Part shown: positions 51,747-59,853 of the stretch, in pieces
Layout: the number at the start of each line of letters is the position of its first letter
Numbering within the stretch: the stretch's first letter is position 1
IMG/VR virus record: IMGVR_UViG_3300042196_000163
Location: 10,030-74,029 of that record
Source of the DNA: a virus
Taxonomy: Duplodnaviria; Caudoviricetes
Reading direction: 5' to 3' (one strand)
DNA length: 64,000 nt
Position numbers and translations under genes: made by a program
Notes under the pieces: model-generated
Told to the model about the DNA's origin: nothing
Database searches by the model: none
The model's input: only the letters and a program-made list of their open reading frames with translations

Positions 51747-51941
51747 TCAGCCCTCCCCGCGCGCGGCGATGAACAGCTTCGCCAGCGCCATCTTCTGATC
51801 GGGCTTGCCCCAAAGCGACGCCAGCTTCTTGCCGTCGGCGTCGACGAGATAGACATGGCCGTTCCCGTCGGGCGTGCCGGGCGCAGCCGTGGTCAGGTAG
51901 GACCAGGGGCCAGCGGGCAGCGTGTCGTTGGTGGCGGCCAT
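51747..51941 (-). CDS. Hypothetical protein
   Basis: GGAG RBS; PAGPWSY..HVYLVDADG. Confidence 0.55.
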   Translation of the reverse strand: MAATNDTLPAGPWSYLTTAAPGTPDGNGHVYLVDADGKKLASLWGKPDQKMALAKLFIAARGEG

Positions 51942-51944
51942 GGG

Positions 51945-52184
51945 CTAGGACTCCTCCGCCGCGGCGGCAACGTCGAGCTTTGCGTTCAGGCGCGCGGCGA
52001 TGTCGTAGGCCTGATCGATGTCGTCGACGATCGCCAGCACGTGGCCGCTGGCATTGCGCGGCAGCACCGGCCGGATATCGGCGTCCAGGGAGAAGCGATT
52101 GCCGTAGCGGCCGACGCGGATGAACCCGTAAGTCCAATCTCGAGTGCACATCTCGGTGTAGGCGGCTTCGGAAAACCCGGCCAT
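51945..52184 (-). CDS. Hypothetical protein
   Basis: GGAG RBS. Confidence 0.55.
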   Translation of the reverse strand: MAGFSEAAYTEMCTRDWTYGFIRVGRYGNRFSLDADIRPVLPRNASGHVLAIVDDIDQAYDIAARLNAKLDVAAAAEES

Positions 52185-52351
52185 GGCTCACTCCGCCGTC
52201 AGCGCGGCGAAGGCGGCCATCTCGACCGGGTCGAGCAGGTCGAGCGCCACGATGCCGCAGGCGAAGGCGATCGGCGCGGCGGCGAAGGGCGCTGCCGCCG
52301 CGATCAATGCGGCGAGCGCGACCCGGCGGGCGATGATGCGCATGGCCGGCC

Positions 52352-52576
52352 TCACGCGAAATGACCGGCTGCCGCCGTGAGCTGGCGGAACCGACGCGCG
52401 ACGTCCGGCCCCAGGCGCTGGTCGCGCGCGATATTGCGTGTCATCGCGACGATGATCCGCCCGCGATATTCGGGCTTGGCCACGAACTCTTGGGCCATGG
52501 CGGTGTAGCCGGCGGCGCGAATGGCCTCGGCGATGGCGTCAACGGTGGTGGTGATCGGGGAGGTCTGGTTGGGCAC
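52352..52576 (-). CDS. Hypothetical protein (first gene after the PL-like promoter)
   Basis: GTG with GGAG RBS. Confidence 0.5.
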   Translation of the reverse strand: MPNQTSPITTTVDAIAEAIRAAGYTAMAQEFVAKPEYRGRIIVAMTRNIARDQRLGPDVARRFRQLTAAAGHFA

Positions 52577-52607
52577 GGCGTCCACTCCATGCGAGGTTGT
52601 GGACGTC

Positions 52608-52646
52608 ACCTTAAATCAAATTTGATATCAGTCAAGTTAAATTTGA
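52608..52646 (-). promoter_or_regulatory. PL-like promoter TTGACT-N16-TAAGGT with an embedded operator palindrome
   Basis: ATCAAATTTGAT palindrome at 52615-52626 lies in the spacer; a second TTAAATTTGA at 52637. Confidence 0.7.
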
Positions 52647-52659
52647 GACCGGACTCAAA

Positions 52660-52686
52660 AGAGAGGCCCGGTCCTTGCGAACCGAG
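52660..52686 (-). terminator. Probable terminator downstream of the repressor gene
   Basis: aggctcggt/accgggcct stem followed by ctctttt on the - strand. Confidence 0.45.
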
Positions 52687-52731
52687 CCTTTATCCCCCCT
52701 CATCTTGGCTTGGCGGGAAAAGGTACGACCT

Positions 52732-53127
52732 TTATGCCCGCTTCGAAGGGCTTAAGGGGTCAACCTCATCTTTGGGAGTGGTCGCCTCCAAAACCTGATC
52801 CAGCGCTGAAATTGCCGCTGGTGAGAGCCGTCTCTCCCTAATTTTCTTTATTAACAGGGCCTTATCCGCAGTCATTGGCTCCCCCTGTTCGGCGTCGGGG
52901 TATTTCGGTCCACTTCCGTATAATAGCCACTGCTCTAAAACCTTCAACTCTCGTGCGAGCGCACCCCAGATTGCGGGCTCTGGCGTGTTCTTCCCGCGCT
53001 CCCAGCTCGATACTGCGGCCCCTGTACGTCGGATGGCGACACCCAACGCATCCTGGCTAAACCCGCGTTCGCGCCGGGCTTCACGGAGACGTGAAGCAAA
53101 TCCGTTGAAAATTATTACATCCGCCAT
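52732..53127 (-). CDS. CI-like XRE-family repressor (no S24 peptidase domain)
   Basis: RLREARRERGFSQDALG..AAVSSWERGKNTP; divergent from cro. Confidence 0.85.
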   Translation of the reverse strand: MADVIIFNGFASRLREARRERGFSQDALGVAIRRTGAAVSSWERGKNTPEPAIWGALARELKVLEQWLLYGSGPKYPDAEQGEPMTADKALLIKKIRERRLSPAAISALDQVLEATTPKDEVDPLSPSKRA

Positions 53128-53175
53128 AGGGACATCAAGCCGCGCTTGAGCCGGATTCGTCATCTAAAAAGGCGC

Positions 53176-53204
53176 TTGACAAAAAACAAATTAGATTTGA
53201 GAGT
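53176..53204 (+). promoter_or_regulatory. PR-like promoter TTGACA with operator-like TTAGATTTGA
   Basis: AT-rich interval between cI and cro. Confidence 0.6.
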
Positions 53205-53211
53205 GGCACCT

Positions 53212-53412
53212 ATGGATGACGGACTTTCTAAGGCGGTCGAGGCGGTCAAGACAAAGGCCAAACTCGCCGAGTTACTCGGACTCACCCCGCAGGCCATCTC
53301 GTATTGGGATCGCGTGCCGCTCGAGCGGCTGCTGGATGTCGAGCGGGTGACCGGCGTGTCGCGAGCCGTGTTGCGGCCGGACATCTTCGGGCCGGTGCGT
53401 GAAAGCGCCTGA
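53212..53412 (+). CDS. Cro/YdaS-like HTH regulator
   Basis: AKLAELLGLTPQAISYW..RVP..VTGVSRAVLRPDIFG. Confidence 0.85.
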   Translation: MDDGLSKAVEAVKTKAKLAELLGLTPQAISYWDRVPLERLLDVERVTGVSRAVLRPDIFGPVRESA

Positions 53413-53811
53413 TGGCCGCACAGGGTGAGGCCTGGCAAACGATGGATTAGGGGCTGGAATCGCTACGGCGCGCGGCAGGGGCCTGCAGCGCCGAGACTGA
53501 AGCGGGGTCTGGGTTATGAGGGTGGTAGGTCTATCCGAGCAGCGCGAGAAGCGCATCGGCCGCGGCGAGGCCGAAGACGAACCCGGCTGGGACGCGGTGA
53601 TTCCTAACAGCCGTTGCCAGATTACACCGTTTCCAAAGCCCGAAATCGCCGACGCCCCCGGGGCCGCGCGCTCCGAGGACATCGCTCTCTCCGCCGCCAA
53701 GCTGGAAAGCGTTGCCCTCACCATCGCGCTGCTGCCCGCCGTCATGTCGCTGCATTTCTTCGCTCTCGGTTGTGCGTCGTTGCTGCACGTCACGAACTAT
53801 GGAGGTTCGAC

Positions 53812-54348
53812 GTGCAGCGATCATCAGGGAAGAACGGGCGGGATTTCCTCCGTGCCCAAGGGCCAAAACCCGGCAGGCAGAACATGAGCGGTGTCATCAC
53901 GAACGATGTTGTCGTGGAGACGTTCGCGCAGGCGCTGCGGCGTGAGTACGGCGGCGACGCGAAGCGCGTCGCCCGCGAGTCCGGATCCGGCAAGGACGCG
54001 GCCCGCAACTGGATCGAGGGCCGCAATGCGATGTCCCTCACCAATTTCCTCCGGCTCTGCCAATCGAACCCGACGTTCTTCGCCGAAGCAAAGCGCCTCG
54101 TGATGATGGACGCCGCGCTCGATCCGCAGACCGAAGCCGAGATCATGCGCTTCGCCATGTCGATCGTCAGGCATCGTGGAAACGCCATCGAGAACCGATT
54201 GGCCGAACAAGAAAAGCGGGAGGAACAGAATGTTCGCTCTGCTCAGCCGGTGGTGGCGGAAGCTGAAAAGACGACGCGCCCGCTGGCAGCTCAGCAGGGC
54301 GGTGCACCTGCAGAACAAAGCCGCAAGCGTGTTGGGGCCGAGCGATGA
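53812..54348 (+). CDS. HTH regulator in the CII position
   Basis: AKRVARESG..AARNWIEGRNAM. Start is either GTG 53812 (GGAGG RBS) or ATG 53884. Confidence 0.6.
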   Translation: MQRSSGKNGRDFLRAQGPKPGRQNMSGVITNDVVVETFAQALRREYGGDAKRVARESGSGKDAARNWIEGRNAMSLTNFLRLCQSNPTFFAEAKRLVMMDAALDPQTEAEIMRFAMSIVRHRGNAIENRLAEQEKREEQNVRSAQPVVAEAEKTTRPLAAQQGGAPAEQSRKRVGAER

Positions 54349-54581
54349 CCTGCCGCACCAGGATCAATGCGGCGCTGATCGACCCTGAACGGCCGCGCTT
54401 TCGCGAGTTCGTCCAACGCAGTCTTGCCGATCCCCGCGCAAGCGGCGATGTGCCCGGGCGCGAGCTCCCAGCTTTCGATTGCCTCTCCCCGACGCGCGAG
54501 CTGAACTCCCGCGCGCCGCACCTCGAGCCGGCGCCGCGCCACCGCTCGGCGCCGGTTTTTTTCGACAAGGGGATGCTCTGA
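54345..54581 (+). CDS. Hypothetical protein
   Basis: ATGA- and TGATG-coupled. Confidence 0.45.
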   Translation: MTCRTRINAALIDPERPRFREFVQRSLADPRASGDVPGRELPAFDCLSPTRELNSRAPHLEPAPRHRSAPVFFDKGML

Positions 54582-55285
54582 TGGTGATGGGCTTCAATCC
54601 GTCCGCCGCGACGATCGAAGATCCGCGCGCGGTTAAACCGGGCCAAGACCGGGAGTGGGCCGCCATCACACACGCGCAGCGCGTCGCACTGATCAAAGAG
54701 CACGCCGCGGACGGGGAAGGATTCACCATCGTTGCACAGCGCATCGCTGGCGTGACAGGCAGCAGAGTCGGCAAGAACCAGGTCTTGGGCGTGCTCTTCC
54801 GCGAGCGCAAGGCGACCGGCGTCGACCCGCTTGGGGGAAAGACGCGGCCCGGTCATCTCAAGATCGCCCATTTGAGGGAATCAAAGCGGCTCGCCGTGCT
54901 CGATCAAAAGCAGCGCGATGAGGTGGCAGCCGCGCGCAGCGCCCGCGCGCCGTTACCGACCGGCGCTTCGGTAGCAGAGGCCCTATCGCGCGACTGGATG
55001 GCAGGCCCAATTCCCAACGCCGGGCGGATCCCCGCCGCTGCGGCGCAACCGGCGATCCCCGTGCTTCTCCCCCCGGAGCATGAGGGTCGCCGGCCCCAAG
55101 TAGCGCGGCACACAGCGCCGCCGCGGGGGTACTGCCAATTCCCCCGCGGCGTGAGGCCGCTCTACGACTTCTGCGGTGCACCAACCGCGCGGGGTGAATC
55201 CTGGTGCGACGCCTGCCGCGCCCGCGTCTGGGTGAACCCACCGCCATTCCGACCCGAATCAACCGCCGCGGCCCCTAATTTTTGA
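54581..55285 (+). CDS. GcrA-family regulator
   Basis: N-terminal HTH with KNQVLGVLFR; C-terminal CQFP..FCGAP..SWCDAC..VW. Confidence 0.7.
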   Translation: MVMGFNPSAATIEDPRAVKPGQDREWAAITHAQRVALIKEHAADGEGFTIVAQRIAGVTGSRVGKNQVLGVLFRERKATGVDPLGGKTRPGHLKIAHLRESKRLAVLDQKQRDEVAAARSARAPLPTGASVAEALSRDWMAGPIPNAGRIPAAAAQPAIPVLLPPEHEGRRPQVARHTAPPRGYCQFPRGVRPLYDFCGAPTARGESWCDACRARVWVNPPPFRPESTAAAPNF

Positions 55286-55296
55286 GGAGAGCGATC

Positions 55297-55944
55297 ATGG
55301 CAAGACGTGCCCGTCCCAATGGATCCCTGCAGCAGCCGGCCGCCGCGCAGCGCGAGCTCGACAATCCCGGCCGCGCCAGTATCGGCGGCACCACGGCCGG
55401 CCATAATGCTGGCAATCGCGCCGACATGATCCGCGACGCCAAGCAGAAGCTCGACGTCCTGCAGGCCGATATCGAGAAGCTGAATTCCGAAAAGAAGGTC
55501 AAGACGAAGGCGCGCGTCGATATTTTCCGCGACCTCAAATCCGACCTGAGCATGAAGCGCGAGGATGTCGAGGCGGCGCTCCGTCTCGCCGGGCTTGATG
55601 GTGCCGAACGCGACAGCGCGCTCGACACGATCCGCGAGATCCACGCCGCGCTGGGGATCGGCGAGCAGGTCGACATGATCGACGCGCTGACGAAGGCCGC
55701 CGGCGCGCGCCAGGACGATCCGACCGTCATTGTCGACCCGTTGGCAAAAATCTATTTCGATGCATGGAACCTCGGCCACGACGGCAAAGGTGTCATCACC
55801 GACAACCCCTTCGACGAAGATGCCGAACCCGAGAAGCACGTGAAGTGGGCCGACGGCTGGACGAACGGCCAGGCCACGCTGATGGCGGAGAGCCCCCTGA
55901 CCGGCGGGGCTCCGGCTACCGAGGACGCGACGGCCGAAGCCTAA
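55297..55944 (+). CDS. GapR/DUF2312-like nucleoid-associated protein with extension
   Basis: IEKLNSEKK..DIFRDLKS..VEAALRL..RD pattern. Confidence 0.45.
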   Translation: MARRARPNGSLQQPAAAQRELDNPGRASIGGTTAGHNAGNRADMIRDAKQKLDVLQADIEKLNSEKKVKTKARVDIFRDLKSDLSMKREDVEAALRLAGLDGAERDSALDTIREIHAALGIGEQVDMIDALTKAAGARQDDPTVIVDPLAKIYFDAWNLGHDGKGVITDNPFDEDAEPEKHVKWADGWTNGQATLMAESPLTGGAPATEDATAEA

Positions 55945-55958
55945 CCGCCGGTCGGCCC

Positions 55959-56498
55959 GTGCGCATCCTCACCTTCGACATCTCCAGGCATTGCGGCTGG
56001 GCGCATGACCGCGACGGCGGCGGCGTGCCGTTCTCTGGCGTCGAGCATTTTCCCTCGATCGGCGGCAACAAGAACGACGGCTACGAGTACGGAGACTGCG
56101 GTGCGGCGGCCCTGGAATTCTTCATGGGCAAGATCAATCTGGTGAAGCCCGACTTGATCGGCGCCGAGGCTCCGCTTCCGCCGCAATTCTACCGCAACCA
56201 GCCTCGGGACGAATCATCGGCGTTCAATGGCATCGGGCTTTTTTACATGTGCGAGGCCGTCGCCAAATGGCTCGCCGTGCCGTTTGAGCAGGCCAACATA
56301 GCCGAGTGGAAGAAGCATTTCGCAGGCACATCACATGGTGGGAAAGAACCTGTGAAGGCGCGCTGCCGGCAGCTTGGCTGGAAGTATCGCGACGACAACG
56401 AGGCCGACGCCCTGGGTTTGTTCTCGTACTTCAAATCCATTCATGAGCCGGGGTTTGGATATACAACGACGCCTCTGTTTGGCCGGGTGTCGGCATGA
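55959..56498 (+). CDS. RuvC-like Holliday junction resolvase
   Basis: ILTFDIS..GWA; IGAEAP; WKKHF..GGKE..DDNEADALG. Confidence 0.8.
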   Translation: MRILTFDISRHCGWAHDRDGGGVPFSGVEHFPSIGGNKNDGYEYGDCGAAALEFFMGKINLVKPDLIGAEAPLPPQFYRNQPRDESSAFNGIGLFYMCEAVAKWLAVPFEQANIAEWKKHFAGTSHGGKEPVKARCRQLGWKYRDDNEADALGLFSYFKSIHEPGFGYTTTPLFGRVSA

Positions 56499-56926
56499 GC
56501 GTGCTCGACGCGATCGGCCCCTCCGGCTGGATCATCATCGGGCTGCTGGCGTTGTGTCTGCTGGCGCCTTTAGCATCTGCGGCCGTATTTTTCGCGCGGC
56601 AGAGGAAAGCGGCGCACGCTGCCGAAGACTTTGGCGAACTTCGGCCGGTGTTCTCGCCCGGTCATTTCTTCATCGATAGAGCGTTTATCAAGTCCACGGA
56701 CCTGACGTTCGAGCCGGATCCTTTCCCCGCCGGCGAGCCCATCGACTACATCCACGCCGCGGCCTGCGAGGCCGAGCATGAAGCCTATCTTCGGCAGTGC
56801 GCGCTCGAGCAAACGGGGCAAGTCGTGCCGCAGATTGCCGGCATGGTTTGGGGCGGCCCGCCGGCGATGGATGAGACGGAGAACGGGCCGGCGATCCGGC
56901 ATTCGGGGGATCAAGCATGTCATTAG
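56495..56926 (+). CDS. Membrane-anchored hypothetical protein
   Basis: N-terminal TM; ATGA-coupled. Confidence 0.5.
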   Translation: MSVLDAIGPSGWIIIGLLALCLLAPLASAAVFFARQRKAAHAAEDFGELRPVFSPGHFFIDRAFIKSTDLTFEPDPFPAGEPIDYIHAAACEAEHEAYLRQCALEQTGQVVPQIAGMVWGGPPAMDETENGPAIRHSGDQACH

Positions 56927-58062
56927 AGACAATGAAAATTACCGATATTGTTGTTGGATCGCGCCATCGGCGCGACATGGGTGATGTCGAGGCCTTGGCG
57001 CGCAGCATCAAGGAGGTCGGCCTTTTGCATCCCGTCGTTGTGCATCCCGATGGGCGCCTGATTGCGGGCGAACGGCGATTGCAGGCGTTTAAGATTCTTG
57101 GTCTCAACGAGATTCCGACGACAGTAGCGCCGCTGGCCGAGATCGCACGGGGCGAGGCGGCGGAGAACTTCGAGCGCAAGGACTTCACGCCCAGCGAAGC
57201 CGTCGCCATCAAGCGGGCGCTGGAGCCGGAGATCAAAGAGGCATCCGAAGAGCGGCGCATCGCGAATCTTAAGCGTGGCGATGGGCGTCCCGAGGTGGCA
57301 ACTTGCCACAACGGGGACGCCGGAAAGTCCCGCGACAAAGCCGCTGCCTTCACCGGCTTCGGCGCCCGCACGCTCGATAAGGCCGAGGCCATCGTTGCTG
57401 CCGCAGAAGCCGAACCGGATAGGTTCGGCAAACTGGTTGCTGACATGGACCGAACCGGTCGCGTCGACGGGCCTTTCAAGCGTCTAAAGGTAGCGCGCCA
57501 AGCTGAAGAGATCCGCAAGGAACCGCCGGGCTTGCCCGGCAAGGGGCCATATCGCGTCATCATCGCAGACCCACCGTGGCCATACGAACTGCGGAAGGAA
57601 GATCCATCACATCGCGCGACGCATCCTTACCCGCAACAGAGCATCGCCGACATCTGCAACATGGACATCAAGTCGATCGCGCATGAGGACTGCATCCTTT
57701 GGCTATGGACGACCAACCATCACATGCGTGAAGCATTCAGCGTCCTGGATGCCTGGGGCTTCCTACACAAGACGATCCTTACGTGGGTGAAAGACCGCAT
57801 GGGCACTGGAGATTGGCTGCGAGGGCAGACCGAGCACTGCCTGATGGCGGTGCGCGGCTCGCCGATTGTCCATCTCACGAATCAAACAACATTGCTCAAT
57901 GGCCCACTGCGTGAAAACTCCCGAAAGCCTGACGAATTTTATGATTTCGTTGAGCGCCTCTGCCCGGCGCCGCGTTATGCAACGCTCTACCATCGCGGCG
58001 GCACCCGCTCTAACTGGGACGGTCATGGCGACGAGGCCCTGCAAGGGGGGCAGCTCCTATGA
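56917..58062 (+). CDS. ParB N-terminal domain fused to an MT-A70 family N6-adenine methyltransferase
   Basis: GLLHPVVV..LIAGERRL; YRVIIADPPW; LWLWTTN..W.KD..GTG..LRG.TEHCL..SRKP. Confidence 0.9.
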   Translation: MSLETMKITDIVVGSRHRRDMGDVEALARSIKEVGLLHPVVVHPDGRLIAGERRLQAFKILGLNEIPTTVAPLAEIARGEAAENFERKDFTPSEAVAIKRALEPEIKEASEERRIANLKRGDGRPEVATCHNGDAGKSRDKAAAFTGFGARTLDKAEAIVAAAEAEPDRFGKLVADMDRTGRVDGPFKRLKVARQAEEIRKEPPGLPGKGPYRVIIADPPWPYELRKEDPSHRATHPYPQQSIADICNMDIKSIAHEDCILWLWTTNHHMREAFSVLDAWGFLHKTILTWVKDRMGTGDWLRGQTEHCLMAVRGSPIVHLTNQTTLLNGPLRENSRKPDEFYDFVERLCPAPRYATLYHRGGTRSNWDGHGDEALQGGQLL

Positions 58063-58658
58063 TCTCCCGACGGTCATCGGCGGCATTTCGCGACAAACCA
58101 GAATTCAAACGCGGGCGCAGCGGTGAGAAAATCGTTGCGCGGCTGTTGCAGCGTCGCGGCTGGTTTGTCGTGCCGAGCTACGATTATTCAGGAGAAGACG
58201 GTGACAAGGCGCCTATAATGCAAGGCACCACGCAGTCTTTCGTCATCCCCGACCTCGATGTTGCTCAAGCTGGCCGCCGTATCTGGGTTGAGGTCAAGAC
58301 GAAGGCGTGCGCCAATCTCCACCGAAAGACCAAGACCTACGAGCACGGCATCGACCTTCGTCACTATCAGCATTATTGCCGCGTGCAGGAGGAAACCGCC
58401 ACTCCGGTTTGGCTGTTCGTGTTTGAGGAGCAGTCCGGCTATGTGCTGGCCGCCAGCCTCACGCAATTAGGGGCGCCGCGAGTTTACGCGGGAGACAAAA
58501 TGGGCCGCGACGGGATGGCTTTCTTCGCGCGTAATAAGTTCAAAGTGGTTGAGCTTGTCGTTGAGGCACCCTCGAGCAACGCTGATGCTGCCGATTCTCA
58601 GCGCCGCCCCGTCCAAACGGCCGCAGAGCTTGCATTGTTTCAAAGTGGTCGGCCATGA
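58059..58658 (+). CDS. PD-(D/E)xK nuclease-like protein
   Basis: GEKIV..IPDLDV..WVEVKTK. Confidence 0.7.
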   Translation: MISRRSSAAFRDKPEFKRGRSGEKIVARLLQRRGWFVVPSYDYSGEDGDKAPIMQGTTQSFVIPDLDVAQAGRRIWVEVKTKACANLHRKTKTYEHGIDLRHYQHYCRVQEETATPVWLFVFEEQSGYVLAASLTQLGAPRVYAGDKMGRDGMAFFARNKFKVVELVVEAPSSNADAADSQRRPVQTAAELALFQSGRP

Positions 58659-58990
58659 GGCTCGTAATATTAGAATCTCCCTACGCCGCCCCGACACCCG
58701 AGGGCATCACTGCGAACATCGCGTTCGCCAAGGCCTGCGTGCGGGATTGTCTCAAGCGGAACGAGGCTTGTGCTGCCTCGCATTTGCTCTATACGCAGCC
58801 CGGTGTCCTTCATGACAACGTTGCCGCCGAGCGTGCGCTCGGTATCGAAGCCGGCCACGCGTGGATGATCGTCGCCGATGCGGTTGTCGTCTATACCGAT
58901 CGAGGCATCAGTTCGGGCATGCAGAAGGGGATCGCCCGCGCGGAGTCGCTTGGGGTGAAGGTCGAGATGCGCACGCTGGGGGTCGCATGA
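58655..58990 (+). CDS. Nucleoside deoxyribosyltransferase-like hypothetical protein
   Basis: VILESPYA..ASHLLYTQ..VVVYTDRGISSGM. Confidence 0.55.
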   Translation: MRLVILESPYAAPTPEGITANIAFAKACVRDCLKRNEACAASHLLYTQPGVLHDNVAAERALGIEAGHAWMIVADAVVVYTDRGISSGMQKGIARAESLGVKVEMRTLGVA

Positions 58991-59853
58991 CCGATTGGAC
59001 CCATGACGCTCTGGCGATTGATCTAGCGCAGCACACACGCGCCGGCGGCGAAAACTTCGCATGGCTTGACATGCCAGTGGGTTCGGCGGGCTCAGTGCGC
59101 CCCGATGTGTTCACCGTCAAGCGCTGGTCATATCACGCTGCGATCTTCATCACTTACGAGGTGAAGGTCTCGGTCGGCGATTTTCGCGCCGATGTGACGT
59201 CGGGCAAATACCTGGAGTATTTCAAGTTCTCTTCGGGTGTGACTTTTGCCTGCCCGGCCGGGCTGTTGAAGCTCGATGATATTCCGGAAGGCTGCGGATT
59301 GATCGAGCGCAGCGCGCGTGGCTGGCGGCATCGGCGACGGCCGACGATGCAGAAGGTGGCACTTGCGCTCGAAACAATGATCAAGCTGATCTCGACAGCG
59401 CCGTTCTCGGCCGTGCCATTCCGGGGTGGCGATGCAGAATGGAAGCTGGCGCAGTACACGCGCGAGAGGATCGAGGAGGACGCCCGCTCTCGCGCAATGC
59501 GCCAGATCGGGAAGCGGCTGGGCAAGGACATCGCTCTGTATCTCCGCGCCCCGGAAGCCGCGCGCGCGGCGGTCAAGGCCGCCGATGGAGAGGCCAGACG
59601 CATTGTCGAGGCCGCACACATCGAGGCCAAGCGCATCGTCGACCAAGTAGAATCCGAATGGCGCGAGATTCGATTAGCCCTAGGCATTCCCATCGACACG
59701 CCGAGGCATGAGGCGCGTGTCAAGCTTGTGCAGCGCCTACGCAGCGTTAGCGCCGACCACGAGGTGAGGCGGCTCACGGAGTTGCTTCAGGGCATACAAC
59801 GCAAGCTCGATGACGGGTTAGCCATCGCTAAGGCTGCGGAGGTCGCGGCATGA
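58987..59853 (+). CDS. MmcB-like PD-(D/E)xK domain protein
   Basis: RPDVF..YEVKVSVGDFRAD..KY.EY..FACP.GL..IPEGCGL. Confidence 0.65.
   Translation: MTDWTHDALAIDLAQHTRAGGENFAWLDMPVGSAGSVRPDVFTVKRWSYHAAIFITYEVKVSVGDFRADVTSGKYLEYFKFSSGVTFACPAGLLKLDDIPEGCGLIERSARGWRHRRRPTMQKVALALETMIKLISTAPFSAVPFRGGDAEWKLAQYTRERIEEDARSRAMRQIGKRLGKDIALYLRAPEAARAAVKAADGEARRIVEAAHIEAKRIVDQVESEWREIRLALGIPIDTPRHEARVKLVQRLRSVSADHEVRRLTELLQGIQRKLDDGLAIAKAAEVAA

Noticed and set aside
53516-53887. ORFs 53516-53887 (+) and 53531-53866 (-) between cro and the CII-position gene
   Set aside because: No RBS or motif support and mutually overlapping; cannot choose one.
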